This document shows, piece by piece, positions 19,552-29,226 of a stretch of 64,000 nucleotides of DNA. This DNA comes from Bacteriovoracaceae bacterium. GTDB lineage: Bacteria; Bdellovibrionota; Bacteriovoracia; Bacteriovoracales; Bacteriovoracaceae. The DNA is taken from positions 1,216,001 through 1,280,000 of the forward strand of contig JBLWTJ010000001.1 of assembly GCA_048270185.1 (NCBI GenBank). The letters are read 5' to 3'. Positions within the stretch are counted from its first letter, which is position 1. The number at the start of each line of letters is the position of its first letter. Under the pieces are notes generated by a model. That model saw only the letters and a list, made by a program, of their open reading frames with translations. It was not told where the DNA came from and did no database searches. The translations under genes were made by a program, and so were the position numbers.

Positions 19552-21790
19552 TCATAACCTCATTAATAGAACCAGTTGGGATATATTTTAAAAAAAGTGG
19601 CAGCCAGAAAATATCAACAATAATAGCAAGTCCTATGACTATCCCACCAGTCACACCAAAATTTCGATTTGGCATAAAATCGGAGAACTGAAATATAAAG
19701 AAACCAGAAATTAAAATTAATGAAGTAATGATTAATGCAGGAGAAATAGAGTAAATAACATTATCGAGTGACTCATTAACACTTCTTCCTTTCTTTAATT
19801 CTTTAATATAGTGGAATACAAAGTGAATTGTATCGTCTACAGCAATTCCAAATGTAACACTACCAATCATGACTGTTGTTATATCAATTTCATAACCCAT
19901 GAGGTACATGGCACCAAATCCAATTATCAATGGTATTACATTAGGGATCAGTGCTATTGCTGCAATTGAAATACTTCTAAATGTAATCAAAAATATTACA
20001 AAGATCGAAGTAATAACAAGAGTCATACTTTTAATAAATGTACTAGAGACATAATCAGTCATCTGATAATAAAGGTATTGTTTTCCAGATATTTGAAGAT
20101 GTAATCCAAGCTCTATAGCTTTCGAGACTAATCTCTTAGACATTATACGAGATTCCTTACTTCCGTTAACGTCCCAAATCATTGAAATTCTCATATATCT
20201 CTCATCAATAGAAATAAACTCACTTAAAGAATTCATTTCATTAGTCATAAGCTGAGAGCTAAATATTAGACTGGCCAATTGAGAAGAGTCATCAATCTGA
20301 CTTAATGATCGATCCAAAATAGCTTTCGATGTTTCTCTAAGGCTTCTCGATGCAGAAAATATATTTTTAGCGATATTAGATGTGTGTAAGTAATCTTCAA
20401 ATATTAAATATTTTTTAAAGAAGTTTATATTTTTAACGCCTCCTTGAATTCCCGAGTCAAATATTAATTCAATAGACTCACTACCACCGAGGGTGTCTGT
20501 TAAAACTTTTGCATCCTTAGACATTCTTGTATTCTTTGAAAAGTAATTCTTAGCGGTTGTGTTAACCTCATTTTGAAGTCCTAGATAGAGAGCTGTCAGG
20601 GTAATGATAAGAAATGGAATATGCCAAAGCCATCTTTTAAAAAATAACCTCTCTACTCTTAATTTCTTCTGCAAATAACTTTCTTCTCTTTTAATAAGAA
20701 TCAGGTTTGGGAATACTCTCATCACAGGAAGAAGCATTGTATAAGTTGTGATCCATGTAAAGATTGATCCAATTGCACATAGAATTCCCATCTCATAAAT
20801 TGGGACCAAGTCTGAGGTTAGAAAAGACAGAAATCCAATACTAGTTGTTATTGAGGTTAATAACGTCGTATTAAAGTTTTTCTCAATCGTTGAAGCTAAC
20901 TTATTATCACTCTCACCCGTTGCTGATATATAACTCGAAACAATATGAATAATATCTGCAATTGAAATAACAAAGAGAGTAACAGGTAGAATGATATAAA
21001 TCGACTGAACAGGATAGCCCAACCAACCTGAAATCCCCGTAACCGCAGTAATATTTAATATTATTAAAAGAGTTGTAAAAACAGAGAACTGAAAGTTCTT
21101 AAAGTAAAAGAGAAAGAAAATAAAAATGATCACTATTGCTATTGGAAGAAGCACGCTTAGATCATTTAGAGAGACACGTTGAAAGCCTTCAACAAGAGAA
21201 ATAAAGCCATTGTATCCAAATTTATAATCTTTAAATTCACCTTCTAGGCTCCTTACAAAGTTCATAGTATCAATGAAATCGAAAGATTTATCAAAACTTG
21301 GCTTCGCATATAGGTGGATGAAAACCTTGGAATGATCTGAACTAATGAAACCGTTGAATAACTCCGGCCTATCAGTTAAAAATGATTGTCTTACAATATT
21401 TTCGTCTTCATCATAGAAGGGAAAAATATCAACTTCTTCATCACTAATTTTAACTGCTGCCTCGACACCATTCACATACTTGATTTTCATGATATGTGGA
21501 GCCTGATAAAGCCTATCAACAATCGGAACTAAATTTTTAAAGCTTTCATCTGAGTTAAAACTCTTACCGGACTTATGCTCAAGAGTGAGGATCAAAGTTT
21601 CATTGGGCCCAAAAGTCTTTTCCAAGAAGTTTAAGGTTTCAACATTTGGGTCATTCTGGGCAAACCAGAGTCTAATGCTAAAGTCTTTCTCAAGCCTCGA
21701 GTTTCCTAAAGCGAGCAGAAATAAAATAAGAGTAGAGAATAGAAATAATAGCCTAGGTTTATTAAAAATCAAATACTTAGCGGCGTTCAT
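19538..21790 (-). CDS. MMPL/RND family lipid exporter
   Basis: Two repeats of one TM, a soluble domain and five TMs; ISIADIIHI and GIAVDDTIHF motifs; LTSITTSIGF. Confidence 0.85.
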   Translation of the reverse strand: MNAAKYLIFNKPRLLFLFSTLILFLLALGNSRLEKDFSIRLWFAQNDPNVETLNFLEKTFGPNETLILTLEHKSGKSFNSDESFKNLVPIVDRLYQAPHIMKIKYVNGVEAAVKISDEEVDIFPFYDEDENIVRQSFLTDRPELFNGFISSDHSKVFIHLYAKPSFDKSFDFIDTMNFVRSLEGEFKDYKFGYNGFISLVEGFQRVSLNDLSVLLPIAIVIIFIFFLFYFKNFQFSVFTTLLIILNITAVTGISGWLGYPVQSIYIILPVTLFVISIADIIHIVSSYISATGESDNKLASTIEKNFNTTLLTSITTSIGFLSFLTSDLVPIYEMGILCAIGSIFTWITTYTMLLPVMRVFPNLILIKREESYLQKKLRVERLFFKRWLWHIPFLIITLTALYLGLQNEVNTTAKNYFSKNTRMSKDAKVLTDTLGGSESIELIFDSGIQGGVKNINFFKKYLIFEDYLHTSNIAKNIFSASRSLRETSKAILDRSLSQIDDSSQLASLIFSSQLMTNEMNSLSEFISIDERYMRISMIWDVNGSKESRIMSKRLVSKAIELGLHLQISGKQYLYYQMTDYVSSTFIKSMTLVITSIFVIFLITFRSISIAAIALIPNVIPLIIGFGAMYLMGYEIDITTVMIGSVTFGIAVDDTIHFVFHYIKELKKGRSVNESLDNVIYSISPALIITSLILISGFFIFQFSDFMPNRNFGVTGGIVIGLAIIVDIFWLPLFLKYIPTGSINEVMNDNR

Positions 21791-21869
21791 ATTTGTCCAA
21801 TTTTAGTACATCAATAGAAATAATTACTATTTTAGCTCATGCCCACAATTATTAATATAGAGTAAAATT

Positions 21870-22811
21870 ATGAATAGTAGAGCAAAAGCGTGGGCGATTG
21901 AAGATATCAATTGGCACCAAGACATTGATTTAGAAAAAGAACTTCTAACTCTTGAAGATGATGAGTTCATCTCTATGTTAAGCAGTAGACAAAAGTCTGC
22001 CCTATCTCACATTATGGGACTAGTTATTATTTCTGCAATTTCGGCCCATGAAAATGTTATTCAAGATATTAAGTCAGGACATTGGCAGCGACTAAAGCGA
22101 AATAAGCAAATCTCTAGTAAAGTCTATAATGAAGGAATGGAATTCTTCGATGATGAGAGTAAGCATTCGCAGATGTTTAATCGCTACATCAGTAAGTACC
22201 TATCAAAAATAAATCTAAAAAAAGAGGAAGCTGATGAGTTTCTTCCTTCATATGATAAGAAATCAATCTTTATGAGACTCGCTAAGTTCAATATGTTCCT
22301 AGGAGGACGTGCGATATGGTGGCTAGTAGCTTCAGTTGAAAATGAGAGCTTAGACCTATTTCGTGAAATTCATAAAAGAAAGAGAGATATTGATCCACTC
22401 TATTATGAAATCCATTTGAAGCACTTTCAAGAAGAGATCATACACTCAAGTTTTGCAGAAAACCTTATCCTGTCAGATGACTTAGGTAAATCAACTTTCT
22501 TAAATCGTATTGATTATATTATTGCAGACTTCTTACAGATTACTTGGGCCTTATGGCAATTAGTGAGACTATCTAAAATACAAAAGCATGAATCTCGTCA
22601 TTCATTTATTAAAGATTTTGTTTCGATATATAGTGTAATTAAGCAATTTGGAAGAATTAGATTTCTAAAATATATGTTTGTGAAATTTCCATACCTTTCA
22701 ATGATGTTAAATTCTCATCACCGCAAGGGAATGATTAAGTTATTAAATAAATCGACAACGGTCGCTCCACTTAGACCTTCATCTTTTAAGGGAGTATTTC
22801 ATGTCGGTTAA
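21870..22811 (+). CDS. AurF-like ferritin-fold diiron oxygenase
   Basis: W-x5-INW N-terminal pattern; E-x33-DESKH and E-x30-EEIIH with the extra His (HFQEEIIH). Confidence 0.7.
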   Translation: MNSRAKAWAIEDINWHQDIDLEKELLTLEDDEFISMLSSRQKSALSHIMGLVIISAISAHENVIQDIKSGHWQRLKRNKQISSKVYNEGMEFFDDESKHSQMFNRYISKYLSKINLKKEEADEFLPSYDKKSIFMRLAKFNMFLGGRAIWWLVASVENESLDLFREIHKRKRDIDPLYYEIHLKHFQEEIIHSSFAENLILSDDLGKSTFLNRIDYIIADFLQITWALWQLVRLSKIQKHESRHSFIKDFVSIYSVIKQFGRIRFLKYMFVKFPYLSMMLNSHHRKGMIKLLNKSTTVAPLRPSSFKGVFHVG

Positions 22812-23595
22812 CTTTATTGAATTTAAATCAAAAGGTCCCCTTCTCTTCTTTCTACATGGATTTCCAAATAACCATGAGGTATTTAATAATATCGTCGAAG
22901 AGTTAAAAGATCGTTACCACCTGCTTTTAATTGATCTTCCAGGAATATGTGAAGAGACATTTCCAACAGTTGATAGTTACTCATTCGAGAAGCTAGGACA
23001 AAATATTGTAAATAAAATTAAAGAACTTACATATAACAATAAAGAATATTATTTTATCGGCCACGACCTTGGCTGTTTTATCATTGAAGATATCATTAGA
23101 CGCTCTGATTTGAAACCACAGCGAGTCTTCCATATATCAGGAATGGGGACGCAGATGTTTTCAACTAGAATAATCTCTCCAAGTCAGTGGATAAAATCCC
23201 TCTATATTCCTATTACTTTTATTCCTGGAGTAAAGAGAATTGCAAAATCAAACTTAGGTATTAAGGTTATTGACCAAGTCATGAAGTATTCAGGATTATC
23301 AAAAGAGCAAAGATTAATTGAACAAAAAAACTTCTATGCACTACCTTTATATAAACATCTGACAAGTTTAACCATTAAGGATTTATTTCAAAAAAGACTA
23401 AAAATTAAAACCCCGACGACTTTTATATTTGGAGAGAACGAGAAATTTCTCAATTTACCGACAAAGTCTGAAATGAAAAGTAACTATGAAGAAGCTTCAC
23501 TAATAAAAATATCTCAAGCGGAGCACTGGCTGCCTCTTTATCGAAATCGTGAAGTTTTAAATATCTTAGAACAAAGCATTGGTGGAACACTATGA
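22801..23595 (+). CDS. Alpha/beta hydrolase, epoxide hydrolase/dehalogenase type
   Basis: HGFP oxyanion motif, DLPG, GHDLG with Asp nucleophile, C-terminal EHW. Confidence 0.8.
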   Translation: MSVNFIEFKSKGPLLFFLHGFPNNHEVFNNIVEELKDRYHLLLIDLPGICEETFPTVDSYSFEKLGQNIVNKIKELTYNNKEYYFIGHDLGCFIIEDIIRRSDLKPQRVFHISGMGTQMFSTRIISPSQWIKSLYIPITFIPGVKRIAKSNLGIKVIDQVMKYSGLSKEQRLIEQKNFYALPLYKHLTSLTIKDLFQKRLKIKTPTTFIFGENEKFLNLPTKSEMKSNYEEASLIKISQAEHWLPLYRNREVLNILEQSIGGTL

Positions 23596-24425
23596 AAGTA
23601 ACAATGAAACAATTTAGAACTGATAAGTATTTCTTTTTTAAGTATTTTCTATTTCAAATGCTTATCACTGCCCCAATCGCAGTCATTCTATTTCTAAAAG
23701 GAAATTTCAGTTTTACTACGCAACTAGAGCTAATCCATCTAGTAATCATTCCTCTTGCAATAGTCTTTGGAATACAAGTTCCTGTAATGCTACACAACGC
23801 TGTTCATTATAATATTAAGCCGAAATGGTTGAATGAAATTCTTGGAGAACTTTGTGGATTCTTTGTCTTATTTGGTATGGGACCATTTAGAATCAGTCAC
23901 GTTCTACATCATGCACATGCTGATGACCACGACTTAGACCCACATCCTCCAATGGGAAGATCATTTCTCGTATTCTTGGCAACAACTCAATTGAATACGA
24001 TCAGAGTTATTTCGAATCAATACTTCGATAAATTTGGTCGAAATAATAGTACATACTCTATTATGGGTGTTCAAATGTGCTTTTACTATATTGGTTTAAT
24101 TAGTCGCTTAGCAATCTGGTTCATGCTACTTGGGCCTACTTTCTTCATCGCATTCTATATACCAGCTTATTTAGCAAATTTAATCGTCTTTGCTCATATT
24201 AACTTTGCGACACATATTGAAGATGAGAATGGAAATGTAGAGATCGTAAACTTAAACCATAATCTCTACTATAAGACTGTGAACTTTATTTCAAGTGGAG
24301 CCTATTTCCACAAGAATCACCACAAGTATCCAAACCTTTTTAATCCTGCACTTGATACGAATCAAGAAAGGAAGCTTCCATGGTTTAAAACAGTTGTTAG
24401 TTTTAATATTTTCAATCGATCATAA
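23592..24425 (+). CDS. Membrane fatty-acid desaturase family protein
   Basis: Three His boxes HNAVH, HVLHH and HKNHH plus DLDPH; TM helices. Confidence 0.85.
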   Translation: MKVTMKQFRTDKYFFFKYFLFQMLITAPIAVILFLKGNFSFTTQLELIHLVIIPLAIVFGIQVPVMLHNAVHYNIKPKWLNEILGELCGFFVLFGMGPFRISHVLHHAHADDHDLDPHPPMGRSFLVFLATTQLNTIRVISNQYFDKFGRNNSTYSIMGVQMCFYYIGLISRLAIWFMLLGPTFFIAFYIPAYLANLIVFAHINFATHIEDENGNVEIVNLNHNLYYKTVNFISSGAYFHKNHHKYPNLFNPALDTNQERKLPWFKTVVSFNIFNRS

Positions 24426-24426
24426 C

Positions 24427-24460
24427 AAAAAAAAAAGCTCCCACTATGGGAGCTTTTTTT
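24427..24460. terminator. Bidirectional intrinsic terminator
   Basis: A10-GCTCCCA-CTA-TGGGAGC-T7. Confidence 0.85.
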
Positions 24461-24713
24461 ATGCCGCAATTTTGTAATCTAAACTGAAGGGGTAATAAAT
24501 TTCTTGGGCATCTTTATTAATAATATCCTCGATTAAGGATATGAACTCAAATTCATCCACTCCATTTATTGATGCCGCCGTCCAAATCGGCGTTAGTTTT
24601 TCAGAAAATAAATCAGAATTAAAATCTCCATCAATTGTAGTTTCTAGGTAAATTCCTTGGATTTCATTTCTCGTTTCATTTAAAAATGTTTGTTTAAAAT
24701 TATCTTTTTGCAT
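24459..24713 (-). CDS. Small acidic hypothetical protein ending KIAA (paralogue of 25940-26212)
   Basis: AAGGGA RBS; aligns end to end with the 25940 protein. Confidence 0.75.
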   Translation of the reverse strand: MQKDNFKQTFLNETRNEIQGIYLETTIDGDFNSDLFSEKLTPIWTAASINGVDEFEFISLIEDIINKDAQEIYYPFSLDYKIAA

Positions 24714-24965
24714 TTGAACGTCCCTTGAATGAGATAGCTACACTATCTTTTCTACCTATACATTTTGCAGCAACTTTGTTGAGTTACGAAGATTTTTTCA
24801 AGCTTTAGTATTTTCAATATGTTTCATTGTTCATCAATAAAAAATATGGCAAAAAACTTATTACTTTTTGTCAGTTTTTAGAGGCAATACCTATTAAATA
24901 GTGAACCTTACATATGAATAAAACTCTCCGTTGTCTTTGGAATAAAATCAATCTATATTGAGGCC

Positions 24966-25925
24966 ATGAAAGGTATTATTCTATTAAGTATTGCATGTGC
25001 TATCTGGGGCTTAGGTTTTGCTGGAACAAGATTTACTCTAGTTGATTTTTCCCCTATTTGGTCAAACTCGCTTCGCTATATTTTTGCAGGTGGAATTGCT
25101 CTTCTTATCTTTATCATTAGAAATGACTTTAAGAAGCTAAAAGGCAATCATAATGAAATACTTGGAGGTCTCATCTGTTCAGCAGTTCTAATGACTGCAC
25201 TACAATTACAGACAGTAGGTATTGCTATGACAACAATGGCAAAAGCCGGCTTCTTCACAGTCTTCTATGCCGTCATTACCCCAATGATCTCTGTAGCCTT
25301 CCTAGGTCAAAGAGTAAGAAAGACTTTCTGGCTACTTCTTACGACTTCAATGATTGGTATCATGATGATGAATGGCATGGACTTTAATAATTTTAATCTA
25401 GGTGATTTCTTTGTTATTGCTTCAGCAGTCTTCTTTTCACTCCATATCATTGCTACAGATCGCTATGCTAATGAAGTCGACTCTGTACGCTTTAATTTTC
25501 TACAATGTATATTCATGGGAATCATGGGGTTAGTCTTTGCTCTAATCTATGAAGGACCTGTTAGCCTTTCAACATTATATAGCGCTAAGGCCTTAAGCTT
25601 TCCTTCTGCTTTGTGGGGATTTCTCATTCTTTCAATCTTCTCTTCGCTTATTGCCTTTTCATTACAGATTACGGCGCAAAAAAGTATTCCGGCCCATATT
25701 GTTGGATTGGTATTTTTAAGTGAATCAATCTTTGCAGCAATCTTTGGGTATCTCTTTTTTAAGGAGACTCTTGATCCAACAGCTCTGGCCGGAGCAGTTG
25801 TCATTATGGTGTCAGTTGCACTTGTTCCAAAATTTACTAATATAAAAAAATCAGATGATGAACTTACTGGTGATGTAATTGAAAATACCGGGGTATCGTC
25901 TGTTATCAACGATACCCGAGTATAA
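24966..25925 (+). CDS. DMT/EamA family transporter
   Basis: About 10 TM helices, IWG, LRY, GD, ESIFA motifs. Confidence 0.85.
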   Translation: MKGIILLSIACAIWGLGFAGTRFTLVDFSPIWSNSLRYIFAGGIALLIFIIRNDFKKLKGNHNEILGGLICSAVLMTALQLQTVGIAMTTMAKAGFFTVFYAVITPMISVAFLGQRVRKTFWLLLTTSMIGIMMMNGMDFNNFNLGDFFVIASAVFFSLHIIATDRYANEVDSVRFNFLQCIFMGIMGLVFALIYEGPVSLSTLYSAKALSFPSALWGFLILSIFSSLIAFSLQITAQKSIPAHIVGLVFLSESIFAAIFGYLFFKETLDPTALAGAVVIMVSVALVPKFTNIKKSDDELTGDVIENTGVSSVINDTRV

Positions 25926-25939
25926 TTACGTAGCTGCTC

Positions 25940-26212
25940 TTAAGCCGCTAATGGGATATCATATGTGTATGGTAGGGTTACATTTTCAAAGTGTACTGGG
26001 ATAACTTCTTCAACAATACACGAGAACTCATCTTCAGTTAATCCATTGATTTGGGCCTCTGACCAAATGATCTCTAACTTCTCACTAAAGATCCCACAGT
26101 CAAATTCTCCGTTTACTTTTGATGCTGAGACAATTGTCTTAATTTCATCTCTAGCGTGGGCAATAAACGTCTCTCTAAAGCTCTCAATATTCATTCTAAA
26201 CTCCTCTTCCAC
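25940..26212 (-). CDS. Small acidic hypothetical protein ending PLAA (start may be the internal ATG, MNIES)
   Basis: Paralogous to 24459-24713; GAGGAG precedes the internal ATG. Confidence 0.75.
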   Translation of the reverse strand: MEEEFRMNIESFRETFIAHARDEIKTIVSASKVNGEFDCGIFSEKLEIIWSEAQINGLTEDEFSCIVEEVIPVHFENVTLPYTYDIPLAA

Positions 26213-26396
26213 TCAATATTTGAGTATTCAACTATTATGCAAAGGTTTAGGAGTTAACTAACAAAGTATTTTAGTTGTTTACCATTTCAAACACTTAACT
26301 GATTTTGTTCAGCTTGATTAATAGTACATTTATTGACACCCCCAAATAGAAAATGCCAATAACTACTGTCAGTCTGAGTAATTACAAGAAGTTAAA

Positions 26397-26882
26397 CTAG
26401 AATAGTTTACAGCTCGTTAAACCCTTTTTCTGGAGGTATTTCTGGTGATATTCCTCGGCTTTAACGTAGTTTTTAAATATTTCAAGTTTAGTTACGACTG
26501 GGTTTGAGAATTTTCCACTCTTATCGGCCGCTTCGATGGCCTTTTGAGCTAATTCTTTCTGCTCGTCATTTAAGAAGAAGACAACGCTTCGATACTGAGT
26601 CCCTTCATCTGGCCCCTGACGGTTTAGAGTCGTTGGGTTATGATTTTCAAAGAAAACATCTAACAGGTTGTTAAATGTGATTATACTAGGGTCAAAAGTG
26701 ATCTTAATTACTTCAGCATGATCTGTTTCACCTGTACACACCTGTTCATAGGTAGTTTCACTGCAATTTCCACCAGCATAGCCAACTTCTGTTTCACTTA
26801 CACCTGCAAGAGTTCTGAAAGTTTCTTCAACACCCCAAAAACACCCTGCACCAAAAACTGCTATTTGCTTATTATTGTCCAT
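26397..26882 (-). CDS. msrA: Peptide-methionine (S)-sulfoxide reductase
   Basis: GAGCFWG, GYAGG, HAE, QYRS, AEEYHQKY; start at ATG 26882 after AAGGGG. Confidence 0.95.
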   Translation of the reverse strand: MDNNKQIAVFGAGCFWGVEETFRTLAGVSETEVGYAGGNCSETTYEQVCTGETDHAEVIKITFDPSIITFNNLLDVFFENHNPTTLNRQGPDEGTQYRSVVFFLNDEQKELAQKAIEAADKSGKFSNPVVTKLEIFKNYVKAEEYHQKYLQKKGLTSCKLF

Positions 26883-26919
26883 TGCAAACCCCTTACTTTT
26901 TTCGTAATTTACTCCAACT

Positions 26920-27441
26920 ATGAGCAAAAAAACAAGAACATTCCTCGCGAAGAAATTAGAAAAAGAACTAGAGATAGCAAAAGAGAAAGCAACTTTTGGG
27001 CAGCACAACATAATCATTGTCCTCGACCACCTAAAAGGCGGCTTCAATATTGGTAAGATCCTAAGATCCTGTGAAATCTACAGTGTTTACGAAGTCCATA
27101 TAGTCGGAACGAAATTCTTTGATTGTACAATAGCCAAGGGTGCCCTTAAGAGAGTTAAAACTTTCTTCTATGACAGTATTGAAGAATCTCTTGAGCGTGT
27201 AAGGGAGCTTGAATATATTCCATTGACTCTTGATTCTAATGCCACAACTTATCTCAACGAAAGCAAGTTACCAGAGAAAGCTGCATTTATTTTTGGCCAT
27301 GAAGAGTTTGGGCCATTAAAGGAAATGCATGGTATTGAAAGATTAAAGATTAAACAATATGGCATGACTGAGTCTCTAAACGTGTCCATTGCTGCAAGTA
27401 TTGTTATGTACGAATACACAAACCAACACGCTGGCGAATAA
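26920..27441 (+). CDS. TrmH/SpoU family RNA methyltransferase
   Basis: NIGKILRS, FGHEEFG, ESLNVSIAA. Confidence 0.9.
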   Translation: MSKKTRTFLAKKLEKELEIAKEKATFGQHNIIIVLDHLKGGFNIGKILRSCEIYSVYEVHIVGTKFFDCTIAKGALKRVKTFFYDSIEESLERVRELEYIPLTLDSNATTYLNESKLPEKAAFIFGHEEFGPLKEMHGIERLKIKQYGMTESLNVSIAASIVMYEYTNQHAGE

Positions 27442-27443
27442 TT

Positions 27444-28436
27444 ATGATCGAAACAATTAACCTCACAAAGAAATTTACAAGCTTTAAAAAAGAAGAAGGG
27501 TTTAAAGGAAGTGTTAAATCTTTTTTTAACCGCGAACCAATAACAAAGTATGCCGTTAATGATTTCAGCTTTAAGGTAGAAAGAGGTGAAATAAAAGGTT
27601 TATTAGGGCCAAATGGTGCGGGTAAAACAACACTGATGAAGATGCTGACTGGAATTATCGTTCCTTCAAGTGGAGAGGTAACAATTGCAGGTTATAAACC
27701 TTGGCAAAGAGACAAGGAATTTAGAAAGAAGATAGCACTTGTCATGGGACAAAAGTCACAATTATGGTGGGACATTCCTGCCATGGATTCATTTAAGCTT
27801 CTTCAAAAATACTATGAGATTGATGACCAAAGTTTTAATAAGAAATTAAATTATATGGGTGAGCTCCTAGGTGTTACAGAGCTTTTTCACATTCACGTTA
27901 GAAAGCTATCCCTTGGAGAGCGCATGAAGCTTGAGCTTATGGCTTCCCTTCTTCATGAGCCAGAGGTTCTATTCTTAGATGAGCCAACAATTGGACTCGA
28001 TCTTGTGGCCCAAGAAAATATGCGCAATTTCTTAAAAGAATATCACGCACAAAATAATCTCTCGATTATCCTAACTTCACACTACATGGCCGATGTACAG
28101 GCCCTTTGCAAAGACCTTGTACTTATTTCGAAAGGTCAAAAAGCATATGACGGACCTCTTCAAAATTTAGAAAGAATTTTAGGGGATAAGAAGTCTGTTT
28201 ATTTTAGTTTTGATAAGAGTATTGATCCAAAGGAAGAGTTTTGGACTAAATTAGATTGTGACTTCTTTGATGCTAATTCAAGTGTTGAACTTAGAGTTGA
28301 TAAGAAGGATCTTTCAGAAATTTCGACAGCAGTTCTATCGAAGTATCCAGTTATTGACTTCCATACAGAGAAGCTTCCAATTGAAAAAGTCATGAAGAAG
28401 ATTATGGAAAATCCGGAGATTTTAAGTAATGTCTAA
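27444..28436 (+). CDS. ABC transporter ATP-binding protein
   Basis: GPNGAGKTT, LSLGERMK, LFLDEPTIGLD, TSHYM. Confidence 0.92.
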   Translation: MIETINLTKKFTSFKKEEGFKGSVKSFFNREPITKYAVNDFSFKVERGEIKGLLGPNGAGKTTLMKMLTGIIVPSSGEVTIAGYKPWQRDKEFRKKIALVMGQKSQLWWDIPAMDSFKLLQKYYEIDDQSFNKKLNYMGELLGVTELFHIHVRKLSLGERMKLELMASLLHEPEVLFLDEPTIGLDLVAQENMRNFLKEYHAQNNLSIILTSHYMADVQALCKDLVLISKGQKAYDGPLQNLERILGDKKSVYFSFDKSIDPKEEFWTKLDCDFFDANSSVELRVDKKDLSEISTAVLSKYPVIDFHTEKLPIEKVMKKIMENPEILSNV

Positions 28437-29226
28437 TCTTATTAAATGGTGGCAAACCATTAAGATTTCCATTGTTAAGCACACGGCCTATCGTCTCAAC
28501 TTCTTCCTCCAAGTTATTGGCCCTGCTCTAGTCTTCCTCTTTATTAAGTATAATCTATGGGTCGCCATTTTTGATAGTACAGGAGCTGAGACAATTAAGG
28601 GTTACACACTTAAGGCGATGCTGACATATCATGTTTGGGCCTTTGTAGTATCTCAACTTGCACAAGGTCATACAGCTCTTAATCTTGCACTAGATATACG
28701 CATGGGAAGAATTTCAACTTATCTGATCTATCCGTTTAATTTCTGGGAATTTCACACTGCTTCATTTCTTGGTTTTCAGCTAATTCAACTTGTTGTTACA
28801 GGTTTTGCCATTTTCTTATTTTCTATTTTAGGGATACTTCCAAATGTAGATTTCATGACACTCTTAAACGGTGTTGGAATTTGCCTATTTGTCAGTCTCT
28901 TCTGGTTCTCACTTCAATACTTAACGGGTGTCATGGCCTTCTGGTTAGAAGAAACTTGGATTCTAAGAGTGATGCTTCAAATGGTAACAGTCTTCTTATC
29001 TGGTGCAATTATACCTTTAGAGCTCTACCCTGACTTTTTTAGAGAACTTTTAATGTACACTCCATTTCCTTACTTAACATATTACCCAATTAAAATATTT
29101 ATGGGAGAGGCCGTGAATTATACTAAATTCTTTACAGTCCTTGGGCCTTGGCTAATCGTTATTAGTGGAATATGTACACTGACATGGAAGCGTGGAATTA
29201 GACTTTATACGGCGGCGGGGATGTAA
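28429..29226 (+). CDS. ABC-2 type permease
   Basis: Six-TM pattern, DIRMGRISTYLIYP, LSGAIIPL; overlaps the ATPase gene. Confidence 0.85.
   Translation: MSNLIKWWQTIKISIVKHTAYRLNFFLQVIGPALVFLFIKYNLWVAIFDSTGAETIKGYTLKAMLTYHVWAFVVSQLAQGHTALNLALDIRMGRISTYLIYPFNFWEFHTASFLGFQLIQLVVTGFAIFLFSILGILPNVDFMTLLNGVGICLFVSLFWFSLQYLTGVMAFWLEETWILRVMLQMVTVFLSGAIIPLELYPDFFRELLMYTPFPYLTYYPIKIFMGEAVNYTKFFTVLGPWLIVISGICTLTWKRGIRLYTAAGM

Noticed and set aside
12419..24460. Similar AGCTCC(C)...GGAGCT hairpins at 12419 and 24427 as island-bounding repeats
   Set aside because: They are short, both have the A/T tracts of bidirectional terminators, and no integrase or tRNA is associated.
25886..25922. GGGTATCGT...ACGATACCC hairpin as a REP or attC element
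   Set aside because: Single copy between convergent gene ends; more simply a terminator or processing hairpin.
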